In this document: positions 53,901 through 64,000 of the stretch, one piece after another
Numbering within the stretch: position 1 is the stretch's first letter
How the letters are laid out: the number at the start of each line of letters is the position of its first letter
From: Paragordius varius
Taxonomy: Eukaryota; Animalia; Nematomorpha
DNA: 64,000 nt
NCBI GenBank assembly: GCA_964247055.1
Contig: OZ176053.1
Location: 7,254,001-7,318,000, forward strand
Direction: 5' to 3'
The notes under the pieces: generated by a model
Databases searched by the model: none
Seen by the model: the letters and a program-made list of their open reading frames with translations, nothing else
What the model was told of the DNA's origin: nothing
Translations under genes and position numbers: made by a program

Positions 53901-55455
53901 TTCATAATTCAGGTGTCGTGTTATAATTGTTATATCAGTTTATTATTATAATTATTCGGTATTGGAATCGTTATGATGAAATAAAAAGTATTAAATTAAT
54001 TGGTAGGAGGATTTTGTAATTAAGATATAATGTTAATAGTAAGAAAAATAAATAAGATATAAATATATTATTGTTATGATAGTAGGTAGAAGTTATTAAA
54101 AATGTAATTTCAATAATTATTACACTAGTCGACAAATTTGGACATTTTTGAGCACCACCACTCAAACTTTTAAATTATGACTAATTTCAGTGTTTTAAAA
54201 CTGAATGTGAAAAAATTTTTGATCCCGCCAATCAGAATTTTGAAATATTATAGGTTTTTCAATTTTTCAAAAACAAGAGAAAATTAAATATAACTTTATA
54301 ATAAAATGTTATTATCTTATAAACTTAATATCATATAATAAGGCGTTTTAAACTCTATCTTTTGAATATAAATATGTCATTTAAATATCAGAGAGAAAAA
54401 AATAGTACGGACTTAAACGTCAAAATTTAGTCTTTTTCTTTCAAGTGAATTTTTAATACGTATAAAAAAATTTTAAAAAAATACTAAAAAAGGCATTCTA
54501 TGGTTTAAACCTTCGGCTTTCAGATAGACTATATTTTTTTGTTAGTTTTTGTTCTTTCGAGTACTTATTAGGCTTTTTTTTCTTGAGTTGGTTCTTACAA
54601 AAAATCCTTTATTTATACCTAGTGGATATACTTTATTTTTTAAAATTATTGGTTGTTTTGTATTTTTAATTTCAGATGGATGTTGTGTAGACACTTTTAG
54701 TAGAATTTACTATTATGGGATTGGACCATTTGTATTTACCTAATCTTTTTATTCAATTTAATTGTAGAATTTATCTAACTTTATTCTGTGAATTGGTTAA
54801 TTTGACATGTCAATTTGCCTGGAGTTTGCTAGCAAGTCTCTCTTATCGGGCTTTACGATTACTTATTGTTATCTTTGCCATATCTGGCATAATTGGATCG
54901 CTTGGGGGATATGCAGAGCTTGTGCAGCCGCCCGGATCTATCACACTATACATAAGCCCCTTTTAGATTTTTAATACTTTGGCTCTTAGCTTGTTTAGTA
55001 TCTTATTTAATACCTAGAATTTTGTTATTCATGCATGGCATATTACTTGTATCGACTTGTTCGTTTGAATATTTAAACATATGTACACGAGGAATGATTG
55101 TTATTTTTGAATTAAATACAAATTTAAAAATTTCGGAAAAATCCTATTGGCGGCCTCAATTTTCTTGTTTGTTTTGGCCTTTCCATGCCATTAGGTATAG
55201 AAAATGCAAAAATAATGGGGTGGTGCAAAACCTTGTTGAGCAGTGCTATCGTTTCGTTAGAGAGTTAGTAGTTTTTGAATAAGACGTGTTCATGGTGTAT
55301 ATGTTGAGGCGAGGTTTTTACTTTTCACATGCCCTTGTGAAAAAACTCCTTACGGAGTAGATGTTTTTGAACATCCAAAACTGGCCACTGCTGTTCGTTC
55401 ACCAAAAGTGATCCGACCAACACCGCGGGGAGGTAGCAGTAGGACTTTGTTGGTC
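50934..55455 (-). mobile_element. Full-length RTE-clade non-LTR retrotransposon (family B, about 4.5 kb), APE-RT ORF disrupted
   Basis: APE begins at 53905 (MNNLNTFKFATWNIGTLNGK...CCLQETR). RT fragments: FLDLEKAFD, GLHEGCVLSPLLF, IFADD, V..FTYLG, ending HGNLQR* at 50959. Tail (ATCAAGT)2, 15-bp TSD, several stops and frameshifts. Confidence 0.95.
55387..55455 (-). ncRNA. HDV-like (delta-like) self-cleaving ribozyme at the element 5' end
   Basis: Minus strand: P1 GACCAAC (55455-49)/GUUGGUC (55421-15); J1/2 AAAGUCCU; P2 ACUGCU (55440-35)/AGCAGU (55392-87); P3 ACC/GGU; L3 UCCCCGC; P1.1 CC/GG; P4 UCAC-UUUUG-GUGA; J4/2 ACGAAC with the catalytic C at 55397. All elements are in the canonical nested double-pseudoknot order. 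Confidence 0.92.
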
Positions 55456-55724
55456 TCCTATGGTCCATATATTTAAAAATAATTAATGACTGAATGTAGT
55501 AAGTAATTATGTTTTAGGTCTAAAAAGTATGGTTGACCTTACAAAAAATAATAGTTTATACCTTTTAATGATTAATCTATTTTAATTTAGCTGATTTCTA
55601 ACATAAAAAAATAACTCTGTTTTCGTTCGATTAATTAAGTCACACAACAATGTGCTTTTATTCTTAAATTTTTACCTTATCTAAGAATTAAAACTCTACG
55701 TATTTATATTCACATTTATTATCT

Positions 55725-58700
55725 TTATACACTATTTTTTTCAATAATATTGTCAGTTTCTTCATCGCTTTGTTCCAAAAATTGTTCCCAATTTTTGAGT
55801 CTTTTAGCTTCGTCTTCTGGTGTTTCGACAATCTAAAAAACATTTCACATAATTAGATTTATACTAAAAATTTATTCGCTTGTGAGTTTTAACAGCGCCT
55901 AAAAAGTAATGCGCTAATGCTAATACACTTTTTAATAGGGTTTTTAACGTCAGGTATTTCGACTCTCATAATAAGCCAAAACAAAAAATTACATTTAATC
56001 ATTTATTTAAATTTGTTTTGATATATATATCATCAAAGCTGTTGTTCTTCAGAGTTGAAGGTAGCTGATTTGAGATAAGTTTTTATTGCTGTTTTCCAAT
56101 TGTTTCTATTTTCCGCATCTTCTATTTTTAATTTGGTCTCAGTAAGATCATCATATATAGTACTGATCCAGCTTTTGAAGGGTCTGCCAGGCTTTGAGCT
56201 AGGTGTGGAGTAGGACATCATTATATGTATATAATTATCTGGTGGTCTACGATGGATGTGACCAGCCCATCTCAGTCTTTTAGCTCTTATAAAGCGATCA
56301 AGAGCAGTGATATTAAAGATTTTATAAGGGCCAAATTGATTATTAAAGTTAAAGAGTTTAGGATTATGTACAAAAAGTATTGTATTGAGTATTTTGGATT
56401 CTGATCTTTAGAATTTACCAAGGTTTGACTTTGTCATGGGCCAACATTCCGTGCCGTAGGTTAGTGCGGGACGGATAATGGTAGAATATAGTTGCGATTT
56501 TGTTTCAAGTTTTATGTATTTATTATTTATTATGTGTTTTAGTGCATGGTATTTTTTCCATGCTTCAGATGATCTGTGTTTGAGGCCATCACTGATACCT
56601 CCTTTTGCGGATATTTCGTCACCCAGATATTTAAAGTGAGTAACAGTTTCGTAATTGTAGGTATTAGGGATTGAGTTTAAATGTTGTTCTGGTATGGGTA
56701 GGTTGTCGATGCAACTTGGGCAAGTAAAGGCATCAACCCTAAGAGATTTTAGGTTTGAGCATTTTTTATGTATCCAGAAATTACATTTAGTACACAATAT
56801 AGAATTTGCCTTTACAGCTAGGCTGCAAATTCTACATGGGTACTTAATGGGCTTTATTATATTGTCGTGCATTAGTTTTGTTTTGCTGGGATTGATTTTA
56901 AGGCCATGACTTTCCAAGCAATTTTTCCATTTGTCAATAGATAAGATGAGATCGTCTTCAGATGAGCCCATTATTACCAGATCATCTGCAAAGAGCAGTT
57001 CCCAGGGTAAGCCCCTGCGAATGTTCTTTGTAATCTCATCAATTATTATGATGAATAGTAAGGGACTCAGGACAGAACCTTGGTGCAGCCCTGAGTGTAT
57101 ATTGATGGATTCTGATAGGCCATAGAAAGTTTTGATTTGGGCTTTGGAGCCGGAATATAGCAACATTATGCTTTGGATAATCCATTCTTCGATTCCCTTT
57201 CTTCTTAGGGCCCATGTTATCATCGATCTTGGGATAGAGTCAAAAGCCTTCTCTAGGTCGAAGAAGGCATAATAGAGAGGTGTATTTCTGAGATGGGCTG
57301 CTTGCATTTGGTGGAGTATGAAAATCGCATCAATTGTGCTTTTGCCAGATTGGAAGCCAAATTGAATGTCGTCTAGATGAACTTTAAGTTTAATCTTATT
57401 GTATAGAATGAGCTCAAAAATTTTAAATGTGTGTTCCAAGATTTTAATGGGCCTAAAAGAGCTAGGTAGGAGTGAATCACCTTTTCCCTTGTAGATGGGT
57501 ATGATGATGCTGTTTTGCCAGTCTTCAGGGATAACTTCCATTTGTATGATGAGGTTAAAAAGTTAGATAAATGATCACTTATTGTAGCAATGGGTTTAAG
57601 AATGTCGACAGTAACTTCCGACAATCCTGGTGTTTTACCGTTCTTTAATTTTAGAATCGCCGATTGAATGCAATTTGCATCAATGAATTCAGGGCACCCT
57701 AATGTTGGCGGTACATAGGGTAGGATTGTGTTATTTTCTTGATTTAAAGTATTTTCAAAGTAGTTTGCAAAGGTTTTATTAACTATGGTAGGAATTTGAC
57801 AGATGTTGTTATTGTCTGTTTTCACCGATTTTATATATGTGGTGGTGTTGGTTGGGTTTGAATGTTTGATGTATTTGTATATTGTGTTATTTTCTGTATG
57901 TTCGTCAATATTTTCTGCAACTTCAAGGGCTTTAATGTTTATAGCTTTACGTATTTCTTTTTGGCAGTTTCGTTTTGCAGATAGGTAGATGTTTTTATTT
58001 TCAATCGATGGATTTTTCCTGTAGTTTAGGCTGGTTTTGCGTTTAAGTTGAGTCAATTTACGGATGTCTTCATTCCACCACCAATTGTGGGTCGAAGGAA
58101 TCCGCCGGTTATGCTTTGAACGTCCAACCAAGGAATCAAGAGTATTGACGCATATAGTTTTTATATTATTCCATATTTCATTTGGGTTTAATAATGTTTC
58201 CTTTGTCCATAGTAGTTTATCAGCTGTGGAAGCGTAGGAATTTTTTATATTATCATCTTTAAGTTTCCGGTATCTGATAGGTTGTTTCTTTGTGGGGGGG
58301 TGAGTAATAGTATGGGTGTTCCTTATTACAAGTTCTAAAATCATTAGTTTATGGTTTAAATTCAAGCAAGGTATTCCTTTGATATTAAAATAATTTTTCC
58401 TTTGAGTTTGTTTGCATAAGAAGTAATCAATCATGGAATTGTTATTTCCTGAGGAGTAAGTGTAACGTTGTTTGAGGGATTTTTTAAAGAAAGTGTTTAT
58501 TATGCTTAGTTGACAGCTGTTGGATAAGTCCAATAAAAATTCACCATTTTCATTTGTCTCGTTTAATCCCCAACCTCCATGTACAGATTGAATAGGATTT
58601 GTGGATATATGTGAATTAAAATCCCCAGAAATTATCAGTTGATGATGATCGGGTACATTTATTATTTGCTCATGTAATTGAGACCAAAAAGCTTCTTTAT

Positions 58701-61700
58701 CTTTTAGTGAATGGCCGTTGTGAGGCGCGTAGATCGAAAATAAATTGTATGTTATATTATTAATAAGGATTGTAATGGATATAATGCGTTCGTTTATATA
58801 ATTAACTGCCTTAATATTGTCATATAATGAGTTGTGGATGAAGAAACCCACACCAGCTGTTTTAACTTTCTTGTTGCCGTTCCAAATTAATTTAAAATCA
58901 AGAATGGATTTGGTTCCGGAATTTAGCCATCTACATTCTTGAATAGCGCAAATTGGAATATTTCTTTCCTTAAGCACGTCAGCAATCTCCAAGCCTTTAG
59001 ATGTTAGCGAATTAATGTTCCAGCTGCCGATGCGAAATTTAGAAGGATAGTTCATTAGTTAAAAGTATGGATAAGTAATTTATGTATTGTAGGATAAATG
59101 AAACACTATTTTTTACAGAGCGGATGTACTTCCTGGCCTCCAACTGCTAAGGAGCAGATAAGATAAAAATATTTTTTTTTTAAAAAAAAAAGGAGCTGAG
59201 CCGCGAACTGCAGCTGATTACATGAATCAATATGAATTTTTCCAAAAATATGAATTTTTCCAAAAATGAATTTTTCATATATATATATATATATATATAT
59301 ATGCAGAACATTTTAAAAAACTGAAAATTAAAAACAGTAAATGTTAGGTATATATACTTTATATTTGGTACGTCCGTCCCACCTTTCAAAATGTACATGC
59401 CGATCTTTAAAACTGAAATTTTCACCCAAATTATCCATACATTCATCGGCTTCCTCAATTGTGGCAAATGTTACAGTTGTTACGCCCTCTGGGTGTCGCT
59501 GTAACAAAAAATTATAAATATTTTTAGCAATTAGCAAAAGTAGCAATGCTAATTTTATATTAAATATTGCCAGATACCATATATTGCAAAGAGCAATCGG
59601 TTTATTATTTTTTTCGTTTTTTCTTGTTCTTAGCCTAATAATAATGTTTGCTGTGTATTCTAATTGGCAATAATAAATGAAAAATTAGCAATATCCTTTT
59701 TTTCAAACTAAAAAACGTAAAATTTTTAAACATCTCGTTCAGTACTTTCATACATAATAAAGTGGTTGATTAGTAAATTTATTTAATATTAAATATTGGA
59801 GAAACCAGGTATATGAAAACAATATTATTAGAATGGAGTCCAACAAAAAAATAATAAATTAAATACTATTGAACAATAGTCTTAACGTGATATGAAATAT
59901 TCAATCATTTGTTTAGGTTTGAAAAAAAATTAAATGAATTTGATTGACTGCATATAAGCATCGGACAAGTTATTATTTCTACCGTCAATAAGCCTCTACT
60001 CATGTAACATCATAACTTGAAAAAACAAAACAAATAGTTTATATTTTATTTTATTTTTACTTTTGACAAAGATTACTTGTAGTAATCGAAATATTATAAT
60101 AAATTTATATTATTTTTGCTGAATTATTCCATATATAATAGTATTTTTATTATTATAGAGTATAATTTGTTTTAATTTAATTAGGCAATTAGGGTTCCCC
60201 TTTTAAGTAATTATAGTATAAAAAATGTTAGTATTTAAGCAAATGTGAAATATATGGGGCAAAATGTTATATATCGGTTTTTTCCCTCAATATTTTGTTT
60301 TTGATGCGAATGTTTTTTCTTAAACAATCAGTATGTCTAAAAGTATATATATAAATTAATAATAAAAGATTGAAGGAAATATTAAATTACTAATGAAATA
60401 AAAGCAAATATAATTGTAATTATGCATCACTTACATCGTAAACTTTAATCTTTTTAACGTTTCCATATTTTGAGAAAATGTCCCTTAATTCTTTTTGATA
60501 TTTGAGTATGAGGGAAGGATCATCCTAAACAAAATTATATATATAAATTGCGTTTCCAATCCGTAACATTTAATTAAAATTTAATTGTTTTCAAAATAAA
60601 AAAACTCACATCAAATAATTTTGGATCAAAAACATTTTTGATGACTAATGTTTTTTCTCGTCCATGCCTTAAACCGGGTATAGGTTCCGGCTTCCATGCT
60701 AACAATCTAATGCAAAATAATTTGGATTATTTTTTAAAAAAGAAATATATGCCACCCTATATTGTATAATTCGAAAATGCTTTTTTTATAATAAATTGTA
60801 TTCTGTTATCCTGCCAAATATTATTTGGGATCTTACGGTATTTGCTAATCAAACATGTAGTGGTTTTAATTTTAACTCATTGATTAAATAATTGTTTTTT
60901 TAATTGAAAATGAGAGATTGTAAATTCAAGTAAAGTAAACATTTTATTTATTAAATAAAGGAAATTTGGGTAAATAATTTTAATAACTAACTTTTCTTGT
61001 TTGCTTTCCTTTGTTTGTTTTTCCGTGCCCTTTTTCTTTTTAGGTTTTAATTCGGGATTATAATCTCCCTTCATAGTAAATTTAGCCCGTTCAACCTTGA
61101 TACATTTATCTCGCAAAATGGTTCCATCAATAATCTGTAAGGCCAAAGTTACTGATTCAACCTAAATTTAATATATGAGAAATAAAAAAATGACAATATT
61201 TGTCAATTTTGTCGTTTTAATTAAAACTTAGTTGATAATTATCTTTCTGTTACATTTAATTATATTTTTTTTTAAAAACCGAATTTTAAGCATAATGAAT
61301 ATAATAAGGTTGTCATAAATTTTAGATAAAATTTGGTTAAAACGAGTAAAAACTTTACTTTTAAATAGCAACAGCGGCCATCACCCTTAACATTGCCATC
61401 GGGATCGAGGTATAATTTAATTTTTAATTGCTTAGTATTTGGATCTTGCATTATTATTCCACATTTCGACATAAGTTCTGTGAATTCATCCAAGGTTATA
61501 TCCTCGGGTAAATTGGAAACGTATACATTCGTATTTTTGCTATCATCCATTTCAAACCATTCTAAACATTCAAAAAGTAGATAAATTTCAAAGTTTTTTT
61601 ACCTTTATCACATACTTATCCTACTTTTAAAACCAATTTATTATAAAGAAGTATTTGTTCAGTATACTATTTATAATTTCTTATATAACACAAAGAATAG

Positions 61701-63207
61701 ACGAATATTCTGCAATCAAAAGCTTAAAGCTATCGTCCATCTGCCTATAAATGATACTATTATAAACAGATGTTAGGACAATTAAGTGAACTTAGTCCGC
61801 TTTTTATAGAAGATGAGGATAAAAGGACTTTAAAGTTTAGTTAATCAAGAAAATAACGATAACTTGTCAGAATCATCCAATTATCATTATTATACCTTGA
61901 AAACCTATACTTTTATAAAAAGCTGAAGTTGATTTTGTAAAGCATTTTTTTAACTTTTAAAATAGCTTAACTCTAAATTGAATATTTAAATGTGCTCATA
62001 TACTTAATTGTGCAATAAGGATTAATGCATCCTATAAATTACTTTAAATTTAAACAAGATTGATGCGACAGTCTCTATGTTGATCAATCTTTTATTTTTT
62101 CTTCAAGAAGTTAGCAATATTATTGAAATCATTTTTATTGGTTAAGTTATTTAAGATTACCGGATGTTAAAAGCTTTAACAAAAAAATTATGGTCGAACC
62201 TTGACCTAAAAAGTGGGCATAAAAAATAGGCTAAAAATAAAAAGTATATTAAGATTCTTTAATATAAGTTAGAGCTGCATGTAAAATAAAAATATGTTTT
62301 AAAATTATATAATAGTGTTAAAAAATCGAATTTGACTTATATGGGAATATTTTTGAGCCATATATAAAGTGTCACATATTTGGAGTTTACCAATTTTATA
62401 TAAAAACAATCGTTGCTTTTTTCACAAAATTTTGGAAAAATAATGTAAATATAGACAATTAAATTTTTTAACGAGATCAATTATATACCAAAACATATTT
62501 ATAACCAAATCAGTATAAGATGGTAAAAAGAACAAATTTAAATAAATTAATTAAAATTCAACTAAAACTCCTTTTTCCCGTTTTCTTAAAAACGTTCGCT
62601 TAAAATTTAGCAAAAATTAATATTATCTTCTAATAAACTAATATAATACCAGGTTTTTTTTCTTCATCTTCTATTTTGGGGTCACTGAAAATTTTTTTTC
62701 GTTTTTTATCAATTTTATTAGTGTTGTTTAAGGCTTTAGGAATAACCCATTTATTAGCAGTGGTATCCCATTCATATATAACATTATGTGTTTCAGGATC
62801 TCTGTATATATAGCATCGCTTTTCAAAATCGAATTCCATATTCTTATCCATATTAGTCACGGATGTATTTATATTAGGAATTAAATTATCTGTGCCTTCA
62901 ATGCACCATTGTTTCAGTTCAGAGTTATATTTTAGCTTTTGTTTGGATATTGGATCAGTGTAAAGATATGATCCGTCATTAGATTGAGATACTCCATAAC
63001 TAGCCTGATAAAATGCTAAATCATTTTCATCAATCTAAATAAATTATAATATACCTTTGGAAAATAGGCTTTTTTGCTATCATCCCAAATATATAAAATT
63101 CCGTCTGAATCTCGATATGATTTGGTATCTTTTTCAAGCTTTCCAGATTTTTCCAATTCCTCAAGTTTTAGCTGGTGTTTAAAATCGGTGTTTTCCGAAT
63201 CAACCAT
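55725..63207 (-). CDS. HTATSF1: HIV Tat-specific factor 1 / Cus2 homolog (U2 snRNP factor), 8 exons, about 448 aa
   Basis: Exons 63207-63055, 63034-62650, 61561-61359, 61161-60992, 60706-60610, 60524-60435, 59498-59358, 55832-55725 (1347 nt). Motifs YIWDDSKKAYFPK|IDENDLAFYQASYG, NTNVYVSNLPEDIT..MSKCGII..KIKLY..KGDGRCCYLKVESV, RHPEGV, WDGRTKYK|IVETPEDEAKRLKNWEQFL. Confidence 0.95.
56031..59276 (-). mobile_element. Near full-length RTE-clade retrotransposon (family C, about 3.2 kb) in the last intron of HTATSF1, sense orientation
   Basis: APE from ATG 59055 (GSWNINSL..AIQECRW, SGDFNSHI, MIDYFL) and RT (FFDLEKAFD, GLHQGSVLSPLLF, LFADDL). Frameshifts near 57540 and 56410; ORF ends at 56033. Flanked by (AT)n on both sides. 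Confidence 0.93.
60054..60092 (+). repeat. Dispersed hairpin repeat family, copy in a HTATSF1 intron
   Basis: TTTTTACTTTTGACAAAGATTACTTGTAGTAATCGAAA matches 16955-16994. Confidence 0.75.
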
Positions 63208-64000
63208 ATGGTTAGCGATAAGGTTATACCGTGTGTTGTAACAGAATGTATTTATATTCAATTTTTGAACCACATCACAACTGAAAAAATCAAAATATTT
63301 TAAATATTATAATAGTGATTTTTTACCCTATGGATTAAATCTTTTTAAAAGAGCTAAAATTGAAATTCGTAGCTTTAACCGATTGGCAAGATTTTTATAT
63401 ATATATATTTTTTTAATAAGCAATTCATTAGTAAATAAATGTATATTAGGGAATTATATAATTTGCTTTAAAAAACCTTAAAATTATATCATGCCTTAAG
63501 GTTTAATATCACAGAGCTGAATTTCTTGAAAATAATTCTAGCAATTTCAGTTAAAAGTTAATCATCAATTGTTCCTATGTATTAAAAAGTTTATTTTTAC
63601 ATTGTGTCTTCTGGTGTGAGTAATCTAAAATTGAGATATTTTAAAATTTAATCAAATGAGATTTAATTGAAATACCATTTTTTGCTGGTAAAATGCAGCC
63701 TTAAAGCTTTAAATGATAATAATTACGTTTTTCAACCATATTATACATTTAATTGTTGCATTAGCGATTTAATCCAATAAATTTAGGGTTTGAGATCCAA
63801 GATTTAAAATTTGTATCTTAAAATGTATATAAGGTATCAGGCCAAATATAAAAATATGCTTTAGCCTTTAAAGTGAATTATACAAAATCACTTTAAAAAA
63901 ATATAAAATTGTAAAAAACCCTCAACTATTTTGCATAACACAAGTCTAAAAATTTATTTTTCGTTTCCCACAATGTCCATTTCTTTTTAATAATTATTTT

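Noticed and set aside
49815-55480. TSD for the inverted family A copy (TTTACAAATAATATA versus TTTTTAAATATA)
   Set aside because: Only a partial AT-rich similarity that is expected by chance.
21398-57988. Antisense shadow ORFs (for example 21398, 28660, 32869, 34109, 36692, 37732, 41399, 52843, 57803)
   Set aside because: They are opposite-strand by-products of real coding sequence in the GPCR, UNC79 and the RTE elements.
59100-59276. Second ribozyme (HDV-like or hammerhead) at the family C 5' end
   Set aside because: GC-rich blocks and one hairpin are present, but I found no P1/P2/P3/L3/J4/2 arrangement and no CUGANGA/GAAA core on either strand.

Overview
Very AT-rich animal genomic DNA with no prokaryotic features. 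It holds four conserved spliced genes: LPCAT-family acyltransferase (+, 12043-16378), UNC79 (-, 47482-22578), PDSS2 (+, 47496-49402) and HTATSF1/Tat-SF1 (-, 63207-55725). It also holds an intronless atypical rhodopsin-like GPCR, two orphan ORFs, several hAT, piggyBac and TA-target MITE remnants, and four RTE-clade retrotransposon insertions from three families. Three observations stand out. (1) A complete HDV-like self-cleaving ribozyme fold (-, 55455-55387) has its predicted cleavage site exactly at the 5' end of a full-length 4.5-kb RTE element bounded by a perfect 15-bp target-site duplication, about 270 nt downstream of the HTATSF1 stop on the same strand. (2) At least seven GT-AG introns are only 20-25 nt long. 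They include the first coding intron of all four conserved genes and coexist with introns of kilobase length. (3) The UNC79 and PDSS2 start codons point in opposite directions only 13 nt apart. Gene structures were derived by hand from the sequence and from recalled homolog sequences; no database searches were run and the species cannot be determined.
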